Source of the DNA: the human T2T-CHM13v2.0 reference genome, Homo sapiens
DNA length: 64,000 nucleotides
Direction: 5' to 3' (one strand)
NCBI RefSeq assembly: GCF_009914755.1
Contig: NC_060938.1
Position numbers and translations under genes: made by a program. The first letter of the stretch is position 1; every line of letters starts with the position of its first letter. This document shows positions 28,097 through 41,700 of this stretch, in pieces. The notes below the pieces were generated by a model that worked only from the letters and a program-made list of their open reading frames with translations, was not told where the DNA came from and searched no databases.

Positions 28097-31000
28097 CATT
28101 CTTAGAAACTCCTTTGTGATGTGTGCATTCATCTCACAGACTTCAAACTTTCTATTGATTGAGCAGTTCTGAAACACTCTTTTTGTAGAGTCTGCCAGTG
28201 GATATTTGGAGCGCTCTGTGGCCAATAGTGGGAAAGGAAATATCTTCATAAAAAAAATAAACAGAAGCACTTTGAGAAACTTCTCTGTGTTGTATGCAGT
28301 CATATCTCAGACAGGAAACTTTCTTTGGTACAGCAGTTTTAAAACACTCTTTTTGGAGATTCTGAAAGTAGATATTTGGAGAGACTTGAGGACTATGGTG
28401 GAAAAGGAAATATCTTCACAAAAAAACTAGACAGGAACATTCTGAGAAGCTTCTTTGTGATGTGTGCATCCATCTCAAAGAGTTGAACCTTTCTTTTGAT
28501 TGAGAATTTTTGAAGCACTCTTTTTGTAGAATCTTCAAGTGGATATTTGGAGTGTTTGTGGCCTGTGGTGGAAAAGGAAATATATTCACATAAAAACTAG
28601 ATAGAAGCATTCTGAGAAACTTCTTTGTGATGTGCTCATTCAACTCACAGATTTGAACTTTTCTTTTGATTGAGCAGTTTGGAAACAGTCTTTTTGTAGA
28701 ATCTGCAGGTGGATATTTGGAGCGCATTACGGCCTATAGTGGAAAAGGACATATATTCACATAAAAACTAGACAGAAGCATTCTGAGAAACTTCTTTGTG
28801 ATGTGCTCATTCAACTCACAGAGTTGAACTTTTCTTTTGTTTGAGCAGTTTGCAAACAGTCTTTCTGTAGAATCTGCAAGTGGATATTAGGAGTGCATTA
28901 CGGCCTATAGTGGAAAATGAAATATCTTCACATAAAAACTAGACAGAAACATTATGAGAAACTGCTTTGTGATGCGTGCATTCATTACCAGAGTTGAATT
29001 TCTCTTTTGATTGAACAGTTTTGAAACACTCTTTCTGTAGAATCTGAAAGGGATATTTGGAGCGCTTTGCAGCCTATGGTGAAAAAGGAAATATCTTCAC
29101 ATAAAAGCTAGACAGAAGCATTCTAAGAAAGTGCTTTGTGAGTGTGCATTCATCTCACAGTGTTGAACCTTACTTTTGATTGAGCAGTTTTGAAACACTC
29201 TTATTGTAGAATCTGCAAGTGGATATTTGGAGAGTTTGAGGCCACTGGTGGAAAAGCAAATATCTTCACATCAAAACTAGACAGAATCATTATGAGTAAT
29301 CTCTTTGAGATGCGTGCATTCAACTCACAGAGTTGGACATTTCCTTTGATTGAGCAGTTTGGAAACAGTCTTTTTGCAGTATCTGCAAACGGATATTTTT
29401 AGCACTTTCAGGCCTATAGTAGGAAAGGAAATATCTTCACATAAAAACTAGACAGAAAATTACTGAGAAACTTCTTAATGATGTGTGCATTCATCTCACA
29501 GAGTTGAAACTTTCCTTTGATTGAACAGTTTGGAAACACTCTTTTAGTAGAAACTGCAAGGGGATATTTGGAGCGTTTTGTGGTCTATGGTAGAAAAGGC
29601 TATATCTTCACATAAAAATAGAAGCATTCTGAGGAACTTCATGATGTGTGCATTCATCACAAAGAGTTGAACTTTTCTTTTGATTGAGCAGCTTTGAAAA
29701 ACTCTTTCTGCAGAATCTGCAAGTTGATATTTGGAGTGCTTTGTGGCCTATAGTAGAAAAGGAAATATCTTTACATAAAACTAGACAGAAGCATTCTGAG
29801 AAACTTCTTTGTGATGTGTGCATTCATCTCACAGAGTTGAATCTTTCTTTTGTTTGAGCAGTTTTGAAACTCTCTTTTTGTAGAATCTTCAAGTGGATAT
29901 TTTCAGCGCTTTGAGGCCTATGTTGGAAAAGAAAATATCTTCACATAAAAACTAGTCAGAAGGATTCTGAGAAACTTCTTTGTGACGTGTGCATGCAACT
30001 CATGGAGTTCAACCTTTCTTTTGATTCAGCAGTTTGGAAACAGTCTTTTTACAGTATCTGCAAATGGCTATTTGGAGAGCTTTGAGGCCTATGGTGGAAA
30101 AGGAAATATCTTCCCATAAATACCAGACAGCAGCATTCTGAGAAACTTATTTGTGATCTGTGCATTCATCTCACAGAGTTGAACCTTTCTTTTGATTCAG
30201 CAGTTTTGAAACTGTCGTTTTGTAGAATCTGCAAAGGAATATTTGTGAGCCCATTGAGGCTTCTGGGGTGATAGGAAATATCTTCACATAAAAACTAGAC
30301 AGATACTTTCTGAGAAACTATTTTGTCATGTGTGACTTCTACTCACCGGGTTGAAACTTTCTCTTGATTGAGCAGTTTGGAAACAGTCTTTTTGTAGAAT
30401 CTGCAAATTGATATTTGGAGTGCTTTTGGCCTACGTTGAAAAACGAAATATCTTCCCATAAAAAGTAGGCAGAAGTTTTGGAGAAATTTCCTTTGATGTG
30501 TGCATTCATCTCACATAGTTGAAATTTTCTTTTGATTGAGCAGTGTGGATACCCTCGTTTTGTAGAGTCTGCAAGTGGATATTTGGAGCACTTTGTGGCC
30601 TATAGTGAAAAAGGAAATATCTTCACATAAAAACTAGATAGAAGAATTCTGAGAAACTTCCTTTGAATGGGCGCATTCATCTCACACTGTTGATCTTTTT
30701 TTTTTGATTGAGCACCTTCTAAACAGTCATTTTGTAGAATATGCAAAGGAATATTTGTGAGCCCATTGATGCCTCTGGGGAAACAGGAAATATCTTCACA
30801 TAAAAACGAGACAGAATCTTTCTCAGAAACGTCTTGGTGATGTGTGCATTCATCTCACTGAGTTGAACTTTACTTTGATTGAGCAGTTTGGAAACAGTCT
30901 TTTCTAGTATCTGCAAATGGATATTTTAAGCACTCTGAGGCCTACGGTGAAAAAGGAAATATCTTCAATATAAAATCAGACAGAAGCATTCATAGAAACT

Positions 31001-32010
31001 TCTTTGTGATGTGTGCATTCATATCACCGACTAGAACCTTTCTTTTGATTGAGCAGTTTTGAAACACTCTTTTAGCGGAATCTGCAAGTGTTTATTTGGA
31101 GCGCATGAGGAATATGGTGGAAAAGGAATCTTCTTCACATAAAAGCGAGACGGAAGCATTCTGAGAAACTTCTCTGTGATGGATGCATTCATTTCACAGA
31201 GTTAAACCTTTCCTGTGATTGAGCGGTTTGGAAACAGTAGTGTTTTACAATCTGCAGAGGATACTTGTGAGCCGATTGAGGTCTATGGGGTGATAAGAAA
31301 TATGTTCACATAAAAACTAGATAGAAAGTTTCTGAGAAACTTCTTTGTGATATTTGCTTTTATCTCATAGAGTTGAAACTTTCTTTTTATTGAGCAGCTT
31401 GGGAACAGTCTTTTTGTAGTATCTGCAAATGGATATTAACAGTGCTTTGAGGCCTATGGTGAAAAAGGAAATATCTTCACATAAAAACAAGGCAGAAGCA
31501 TTCTGAGAAACTTCTTTTTGATGTCTGCATTCATCTCACAGAGTTGAACCTTTCTTTTGATTGAGCAGTTTTGAAACGCTCTATTTGTAGTATCTGCAAG
31601 TGGATATTTGGAACGCTTTGAGGCCTATAGTGGAAATGAAATATCTTCACATAAAAAACTAGACAGAAGAATTCTGAGAAACTTCCTAGGAAGGTGTATT
31701 TTCGTCTCACACTGTTAAACCCGTCTTTTGATTGAGCAGCTTCGATACAGTCATTTAGTAGAATATGAAAGGGAATATTTGAGAGCCCATTGAGGCCTCT
31801 GGGGAAATAAGAAATATCTTCACCTAAAAACTAGACAAAAACTTTCTGAGAAACACCCTTGTGATGTGTGCATTCATCATACACAGTTGAACTTTCTTTT
31901 GATTGAGCAGTTTGGATACAGTTATTTGTATTATCTGTAAATGGATATTTGGAGTGTACTGAGGCCTATGGTGAAAAAGGAAATATCCTCACATAAAATT
32001 CAGATGGAAG
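28097..32010 (+). repeat. Canonical 23-mer HOR unit (3914 bp)
   Basis: All 23 monomer types are present in order. A near-identical copy lies at 35764-39677. Confidence 0.92.
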
Positions 32011-35000
32011 CATTCTTAGAAACTCCTTTGTGATGTGTGCATTCATCTCACAGACTTCAAACTTTCTATTGATTGAGCAGTTTTGAAACACTCTTTTTGT
32101 AGAATCTGCCAGTGGATATTTGGAGCGCTCTGTGGCCAATAGTGGAAAAGGGAATATATTCATAAAAAAAATAAACAGAAGCACTTTGTGAAACTTCTCT
32201 GTGTTGTATGCAGTCATATCTCAGATATGAAACTTTCTTTGGTACAGCAGTTTTAAAATACTCTTTTTGGAGACTCTGAAAGTAGATATTTGGAGAGACG
32301 TGAGAACTACGGTGGAAAAGGAAATATCTTCACAAAAAAACTAGACAGAAACATTCTGAGAAGCTTCTTTGTGATGTGTGCATCCATCTCAAAGAGTTGA
32401 ACCTTTCTTTTGATTGAGCATTTTTGAAGCACTCTTTTTGTAGAATCTTCAAGTGTATATTTGGAGTGTTTGTGGCCTGTGGTGGAAAAGGAAATATATT
32501 CACATAAAAACTAGATAGAAGCATTCTGAGAAACTTCTTTGTGATGTGCTCATTCAACTCACAGAGTTGAGCTTTTCTTTTGATTGAGCAGTTTGGAAAC
32601 AGTCTTTCTGTAGAATCTGCAAGTGGATATTAGGAGTGCATTACGGCCTATAGTGGAAAATGAAATATCTTCACATAAAAACTAGACAGAAACATTATGA
32701 GAAACTGCTTTGTGATGCGTGCATTCATCACCAGAGTTGAATTTCTCTTTTGATTGATCAGTTTTGAAACACTCTTTCTGTAGAATCTGAAAGGGATATT
32801 TGGAGCGCTTTGCAGCCTATGGTGAAAAAGGAAATATCTTCACATAAAAGCTAGACAGAAGCATTCTAAGAAAGTGCTTTGTGACGTGTGCATTCATCTC
32901 ACAATGTTGAACCTTTCTTTTGATTGAGCAGTTTTGAAACACTCTTATTGTAGAATCTGCAAGTGGATATTTGGAGAGTTTGAGGCCACTGGTGGAAAAG
33001 CAAATGTCTTCACATAAAAACTAGACAGAATGACAGAATCATTATAAGTAATCTCTTTGAGATGCGTGCATTCAACTCACAGAGTTGGACATTTCCTTTG
33101 ATTGAGCAGTGTGGAAACAGTCTTTTTGCAGTATCTGCAAACGGATATTTGGAGTACTTTCAGGCCTTTAGTAGGAAAGGAAATATCTTCACATAAAAAC
33201 TAGACAGAAAATTACTGAGAAACTTCTTAATGATGTGTGCATTCATCTCACAAAGTTGAAACTTTCTTTTGATTGAGCAGGTTGGAAACACTCTTTTAGT
33301 AGAAACTGCAAGGGGATATTTGGAGCGTTTTGTGGTCTATGGTAGAAAAGGCTATATCTTCACATAAAAATAGAAGCATTCTGAGGAACTTCCTGATGTG
33401 TGCATTCATCTCAAAGAGTTGAACTTTTCTTTTGATTGAGCAGCTTTGAAAAACTCTTTCTGCAGAATCTGCAAGTTGATATTTGGAGTGCTTTGTGGCC
33501 TATAGTAGAAAAGGAAATATCTTTACATAAAACTAGACAGAAGCATTCTGAGAAACTTCTTTGTGATGTGTGCATTCATCTCACAGAGTTGAATCTTTCT
33601 TTTGTTTGAGCAGTTTTGAAACTCTCTTTTTGTAGAATCTTCAAGTGGATATTTTCAGCGCTTTGAGGCCTATGGTGGAAAAGAAAATATCTTCACATAA
33701 AAACTAGTCAGAAGCATTCTGAGAAACTTCTTTGTGACGTGTGCATTCAACTCATGGAGTTCAACCTTTCTTTTGATTCAGCAGTTTGGAAACAGTCTTT
33801 TTACAGTATCTGCAAATGGCTATTTGGAGAGCTTTGACGCCTATGGTGGAAAAGGAAATATCTTCCCATAAAAACTAGACAGCAGCATTCTGAGAAACTT
33901 ATTCGTGATCTGTGCATTCATCTCACAGAGTTGAACCTTTCTTTTGATTCAGCAGTTTTGAAACTGTCATTTTGTAGAATCTGCAAAGGAATATTTGTGA
34001 GCCCATTGAGGCTTCTGCGGTGATAGGAAATATCTTCACATAAAAACCAGACAGATACTTTCTGAGAAACTATTTTATCATGTGTGACTTCTACTCACCG
34101 GGTTGAAATTTTCTCTTGATTGAGCAGTTTGGAAACAGTCTTTTTGTAGAATCTGCAAATTGATATTTGGAGTGCTTTTGGCCTACGTTGAAAAACTAAA
34201 TATCTTCCAATAAAAAGTACGCAGAAGTTTTGGAGAAACTTATTTTGATGTGTGCATTCATCTCACACAGTTGAAATTTTCTTTTGATTGAGCAGTGTGG
34301 ATACACTCGTTTTGTAGAGTCTGCAAGTGGATATTTGGAGCACTTTGTGGCCTATAGTGAAAAAGGAAATATCTTCACATAAAAACTAGATAGAAGAATT
34401 CTGAGAAACTTCCTTTGAATGGGCGCATTCATCTCACACTGTTGATCTTTTTTTTTTGATTGAGCACCTTCTAAACAGTCATTTTGTAGAATATGCAAAG
34501 GAATATTTGTGAGCCCATTGATGCCTCTGGGGAAACAGGAAATATCTTCACATAAAAACGAGACAGAATCTTTCTCAGAAACGTCTTGGTGATGTGTGCA
34601 TTCACCTCACTGAGTTGAACTTTATTTTGATTGAGCAGTTTGGAAACAGTCTTTTCTAGTATCTGCAAATGGATATTTTAAGCACTCTGAGGCCTACGGT
34701 GAAAAAGGAAATATCTTCAATATAAATCAGACAGAAGCATTCATAGAAACTTCTTTGTGATGTGTGCATTCATCTCACCGACTAGAACCTTTCTTTTGAT
34801 TGAGCAGTTTTGAAACACTCTTTTAGCGGAATCTGCAAGTGTTTATTTGGAGCACATGAGGAATATGGTGGAAAAGGAATCTTCTTCACATAAAAACGAG
34901 ACGGAAGCATTCTGAGAAACTTCTCTGTGATGGATGCATTCATTTCACAGAGTTAAACCTTTCCTGTGATTGAGCGGTTTGGAAACAGTAGTTTTTCATA

Positions 35001-35763
35001 ATCTGCAGAAGGATACTTGTGAGCCGATTGAGGTCTATGGGGTGATAAGAAATATGTTCACATAAAAACTAGATAGAAAGTTTCTGAGAAACTTCTTTGT
35101 GATATTTGCTTTTATCTCATAGAGTTGAAACTTTATTTTTATTGAGCAGTTTGGGAACAGTCTTTTTGTAGTATCTGCAAATGGATATTACCAGTGCTTT
35201 GAGGCCTATTTTGAAAAAGGAAATATCTTCACATAAAAACAAGGCAGAAGCATTCTGAGAAACTTCTTTTTGATGTCTGCATTCATCTCGCAGAGTTGAA
35301 CCTTTCTTTTGATTGAGCAGTTTTGAAACGCTCTATTTGTAGTATCTGCAAGTGGATATTTGGAACGCTTTGAGGCCTATAGTGGAAAAGGAAATATCTT
35401 CACATAAAAAACTAGAAAGAAGAATTCTGAGAAACATCCTAGGAAGGTGTATTTTCGTCTCACACTGTTAAACCCGTCTTTTGATTAAGCAGCTTCGATA
35501 CAGTCATTTAGTAGAATATGAAAGGGAATATTTGAGAGCCCATTGAGGCCTCTGGGGAAATAAGAAATATCTTCACCTAAAAACTAGACAAAAGCTTTCT
35601 GAGAAACACCCTTGTGATGTGTGCATTCATCATACACAGTTGAACTTTCTTTTGATTGAGCAGTTTGGATACAGTCATTTGTATTATCTGTAAATGGATA
35701 TTTGGAGTGTACTGAGGCCTATGGTGAAAAAGGAAATATCCTCACATAAAATTCAGATGGAAG
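32011..35763 (+). repeat. 22-mer HOR variant A (m4/m5 hybrid, 3753 bp)
   Basis: Only one gtgctcattcaactc monomer (32522), with an m4 5' part and an m5 3' part (ggatattaggagtgc). The same variant occurs at 39678-43430. Confidence 0.9.
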
Positions 35764-38700
35764 CATTCTTAGAAACTCCTTTGTGATGTGTGCATTCATC
35801 TCACAGACTTCAAACTTTCTATTGATTGAGCAGTTCTGAAACACTCTTTTTGTAGAGTCTGCCAGTGGATATTTGGAGCGCTCTGTGGCCAATAGTGGGA
35901 AAGGAAATATCTTCATAAAAAAAATAAACAGAAGCACTTTGAGAAACTTCTCTGTGTTGTATGCAGTCATATCTCAGACAGGAAACTTTCTTTGGTACAG
36001 CAGTTTTAAAACACTCTTTTTGGAGATTCTGAAAGTAGATATTTGGAGAGACTTGAGGACTATGGTGGAAAAGGAAATATCTTCACAAAAAAACTAGACA
36101 GGAACATTCTGAGAAGCTTCTTTGTGATGTGTGCATCCATCTCAAAGAGTTGAACCTTTCTTTTGATTGAGAATTTTTGAAGCACTCTTTTTGTAGAATC
36201 TTCAAGTGGATATTTGGAGTGTTTGTGGCCTGTGGTGGAAAAGGAAATATATTCACATAAAAACTAGATAGAAGCATTCTGAGAAACTTCTTTGTGATGT
36301 GCTCATTCAACTCACAGATTTGAACTTTTCTTTTGATTGAGCAGTTTGGAAACAGTCTTTTTGTAGAATCTGCAGGTGGATATTTGGAGCGCATTACGGC
36401 CTATAGTGGAAAAGGACATATATTCACATAAAAACTAGACAGAAGCATTCTGAGAAACTTCTTTGTGATGTGCTCATTCAACTCACAGAGTTGAACTTTT
36501 CTTTTGTTTGAGCAGTTTGCAAACAGTCTTTCTGTAGAATCTGCAAGTGGATATTAGGAGTGCATTACGGCCTATAGTGGAAAATGAAATATCTTCACAT
36601 AAAAACTAGACAGAAACATTATGAGAAACTGCTTTGTGATGCGTGCATTCATTACCAGAGTTGAATTTCTCTTTTGATTGAACAGTTTTGAAACACTCTT
36701 TCTGTAGAATCTGAAAGGGATATTTGGAGCGCTTTGCAGCCTATGGTGAAAAAGGAAATATCTTCACATAAAAGCTAGACAGAAGCATTCTAAGAAAGTG
36801 CTTTGTGAGTGTGCATTCATCTCACAGTGTTGAACCTTACTTTTGATTGAGCAGTTTTGAAACACTCTTATTGTAGAATCTGCAAGTGGATATTTGGAGA
36901 GTTTGAGGCCACTGGTGGAAAAGCAAATATCTTCACATCAAAACTAGACAGAATCATTATGAGTAATCTCTTTGAGATGCGTGCATTCAACTCACAGAGT
37001 TGGACATTTCCTTTGATTGAGCAGTTTGGAAACAGTCTTTTTGCAGTATCTGCAAACGGATATTTTTAGCACTTTCAGGCCTATAGTAGGAAAGGAAATA
37101 TCTTCACATAAAAACTAGACAGAAAATTACTGAGAAACTTCTTAATGATGTGTGCATTCATCTCACAGAGTTGAAACTTTCCTTTGATTGAACAGTTTGG
37201 AAACACTCTTTTAGTAGAAACTGCAAGGGGATATTTGGAGCGTTTTGTGGTCTATGGTAGAAAAGGCTATATCTTCACATAAAAATAGAAGCATTCTGAG
37301 GAACTTCATGATGTGTGCATTCATCACAAAGAGTTGAACTTTTCTTTTGATTGAGCAGCTTTGAAAAACTCTTTCTGCAGAATCTGCAAGTTGATATTTG
37401 GAGTGCTTTGTGGCCTATAGTAGAAAAGGAAATATCTTTACATAAAACTAGACAGAAGCATTCTGAGAAACTTCTTTGTGATGTGTGCATTCATCTCACA
37501 GAGTTGAATCTTTCTTTTGTTTGAGCAGTTTTGAAACTCTCTTTTTGTAGAATCTTCAAGTGGATATTTTCAGCGCTTTGAGGCCTATGTTGGAAAAGAA
37601 AATATCTTCACATAAAAACTAGTCAGAAGGATTCTGAGAAACTTCTTTGTGACGTGTGCATGCAACTCATGGAGTTCAACCTTTCTTTTGATTCAGCAGT
37701 TTGGAAACAGTCTTTTTACAGTATCTGCAAATGGCTATTTGGAGAGCTTTGAGGCCTATGGTGGAAAAGGAAATATCTTCCCATAAATACCAGACAGCAG
37801 CATTCTGAGAAACTTATTTGTGATCTGTGCATTCATCTCACAGAGTTGAACCTTTCTTTTGATTCAGCAGTTTTGAAACTGTCGTTTTGTAGAATCTGCA
37901 AAGGAATATTTGTGAGCCCATTGAGGCTTCTGGGGTGATAGGAAATATCTTCACATAAAAACTAGACAGATACTTTCTGAGAAACTATTTTGTCATGTGT
38001 GACTTCTACTCACCGGGTTGAAACTTTCTCTTGATTGAGCAGTTTGGAAACAGTCTTTTTGTAGAATCTGCAAATTGATATTTGGAGTGCTTTTGGCCTA
38101 CGTTGAAAAACGAAATATCTTCCCATAAAAAGTAGGCAGAAGTTTTGGAGAAATTTCCTTTGATGTGTGCATTCATCTCACATAGTTGAAATTTTCTTTT
38201 GATTGAGCAGTGTGGATACCCTCGTTTTGTAGAGTCTGCAAGTGGATATTTGGAGCACTTTGTGGCCTATAGTGAAAAAGGAAATATCTTCACATAAAAA
38301 CTAGATAGAAGAATTCTGAGAAACTTCCTTTGAATGGGCGCATTCATCTCACACTGTTGATCTTTTTTTTTTGATTGAGCACCTTCTAAACAGTCATTTT
38401 GTAGAATATGCAAAGGAATATTTGTGAGCCCATTGATGCCTCTGGGGAAACAGGAAATATCTTCACATAAAAACGAGACAGAATCTTTCTCAGAAACGTC
38501 TTGGTGATGTGTGCATTCATCTCACTGAGTTGAACTTTACTTTGATTGAGCAGTTTGGAAACAGTCTTTTCTAGTATCTGCAAATGGATATTTTAAGCAC
38601 TCTGAGGCCTACGGTGAAAAAGGAAATATCTTCAATATAAAATCAGACAGAAGCATTCATAGAAACTTCTTTGTGATGTGTGCATTCATATCACCGACTA

Positions 38701-41700
38701 GAACCTTTCTTTTGATTGAGCAGTTTTGAAACACTCTTTTAGCGGAATCTGCAAGTGTTTATTTGGAGCGCATGAGGAATATGGTGGAAAAGGAATCTTC
38801 TTCACATAAAAGCGAGACGGAAGCATTCTGAGAAACTTCTCTGTGATGGATGCATTCATTTCACAGAGTTAAACCTTTCCTGTGATTGAGCGGTTTGGAA
38901 ACAGTAGTGTTTTACAATCTGCAGAGGATACTTGTGAGCCGATTGAGGTCTATGGGGTGATAAGAAATATGTTCACATAAAAACTAGATAGAAAGTTTCT
39001 GAGAAACTTCTTTGTGATATTTGCTTTTATCTCATAGAGTTGAAACTTTCTTTTTATTGAGCAGCTTGGGAACAGTCTTTTTGTAGTATCTGCAAATGGA
39101 TATTAACAGTGCTTTGAGGCCTATGGTGAAAAAGGAAATATCTTCACATAAAAACAAGGCAGAAGCATTCTGAGAAACTTCTTTTTGATGTCTGCATTCA
39201 TCTCACAGAGTTGAACCTTTCTTTTGATTGAGCAGTTTTGAAACGCTCTATTTGTAGTATCTGCAAGTGGATATTTGGAACGCTTTGAGGCCTATAGTGG
39301 AAATGAAATATCTTCACATAAAAAACTAGACAGAAGAATTCTGAGAAACTTCCTAGGAAGGTGTATTTTCGTCTCACACTGTTAAACCCGTCTTTTGATT
39401 GAGCAGCTTCGATACAGTCATTTAGTAGAATATGAAAGGGAATATTTGAGAGCCCATTGAGGCCTCTGGGGAAATAAGAAATATCTTCACCTAAAAACTA
39501 GACAAAAACTTTCTGAGAAACACCCTTGTGATGTGTGCATTCATCATACACAGTTGAACTTTCTTTTGATTGAGCAGTTTGGATACAGTTATTTGTATTA
39601 TCTGTAAATGGATATTTGGAGTGTACTGAGGCCTATGGTGAAAAAGGAAATATCCTCACATAAAATTCAGATGGAAGCATTCTTAGAAACTCCTTTGTGA
39701 TGTGTGCATTCATCTCACAGACTTCAAACTTTCTATTGATTGAGCAGTTTTGAAACACTCTTTTTGTAGAATCTGCCAGTGGATATTTGGAGCGCTCTGT
39801 GGCCAATAGTGGAAAAGGGAATATATTCATAAAAAAAATAAACAGAAGCACTTTGTGAAACTTCTCTGTGTTGTATGCAGTCATATCTCAGATATGAAAC
39901 TTTCTTTGGTACAGCAGTTTTAAAATACTCTTTTTGGAGACTCTGAAAGTAGATATTTGGAGAGACGTGAGAACTACGGTGGAAAAGGAAATATCTTCAC
40001 AAAAAAACTAGACAGAAACATTCTGAGAAGCTTCTTTGTGATGTGTGCATCCATCTCAAAGAGTTGAACCTTTCTTTTGATTGAGCATTTTTGAAGCACT
40101 CTTTTTGTAGAATCTTCAAGTGTATATTTGGAGTGTTTGTGGCCTGTGGTGGAAAAGGAAATATATTCACATAAAAACTAGATAGAAGCATTCTGAGAAA
40201 CTTCTTTGTGATGTGCTCATTCAACTCACAGAGTTGAGCTTTTCTTTTGATTGAGCAGTTTGGAAACAGTCTTTCTGTAGAATCTGCAAGTGGATATTAG
40301 GAGTGCATTACGGCCTATAGTGGAAAATGAAATATCTTCACATAAAAACTAGACAGAAACATTATGAGAAACTGCTTTGTGATGCGTGCATTCATCACCA
40401 GAGTTGAATTTCTCTTTTGATTGATCAGTTTTGAAACACTCTTTCTGTAGAATCTGAAAGGGATATTTGGAGCGCTTTGCAGCCTATGGTGAAAAAGGAA
40501 ATATCTTCACATAAAAGCTAGACAGAAGCATTCTAAGAAAGTGCTTTGTGACGTGTGCATTCATCTCACAATGTTGAACCTTTCTTTTGATTGAGCAGTT
40601 TTGAAACACTCTTATTGTAGAATCTGCAAGTGGATATTTGGAGAGTTTGAGGCCACTGGTGGAAAAGCAAATGTCTTCACATAAAAACTAGACAGAATGA
40701 CAGAATCATTATAAGTAATCTCTTTGAGATGCGTGCATTCAACTCACAGAGTTGGACATTTCCTTTGATTGAGCAGTGTGGAAACAGTCTTTTTGCAGTA
40801 TCTGCAAACGGATATTTGGAGTACTTTCAGGCCTTTAGTAGGAAAGGAAATATCTTCACATAAAAACTAGACAGAAAATTACTGAGAAACTTCTTAATGA
40901 TGTGTGCATTCATCTCACAAAGTTGAAACTTTCTTTTGATTGAGCAGGTTGGAAACACTCTTTTAGTAGAAACTGCAAGGGGATATTTGGAGCGTTTTGT
41001 GGTCTATGGTAGAAAAGGCTATATCTTCACATAAAAATAGAAGCATTCTGAGGAACTTCCTGATGTGTGCATTCATCTCAAAGAGTTGAACTTTTCTTTT
41101 GATTGAGCAGCTTTGAAAAACTCTTTCTGCAGAATCTGCAAGTTGATATTTGGAGTGCTTTGTGGCCTATAGTAGAAAAGGAAATATCTTTACATAAAAC
41201 TAGACAGAAGCATTCTGAGAAACTTCTTTGTGATGTGTGCATTCATCTCACAGAGTTGAATCTTTCTTTTGTTTGAGCAGTTTTGAAACTCTCTTTTTGT
41301 AGAATCTTCAAGTGGATATTTTCAGCGCTTTGAGGCCTATGGTGGAAAAGAAAATATCTTCACATAAAAACTAGTCAGAAGCATTCTGAGAAACTTCTTT
41401 GTGACGTGTGCATTCAACTCATGGAGTTCAACCTTTCTTTTGATTCAGCAGTTTGGAAACAGTCTTTTTACAGTATCTGCAAATGGCTATTTGGAGAGCT
41501 TTGACGCCTATGGTGGAAAAGGAAATATCTTCCCATAAAAACTAGACAGCAGCATTCTGAGAAACTTATTCGTGATCTGTGCATTCATCTCACAGAGTTG
41601 AACCTTTCTTTTGATTCAGCAGTTTTGAAACTGTCATTTTGTAGAATCTGCAAAGGAATATTTGTGAGCCCATTGAGGCTTCTGCGGTGATAGGAAATAT

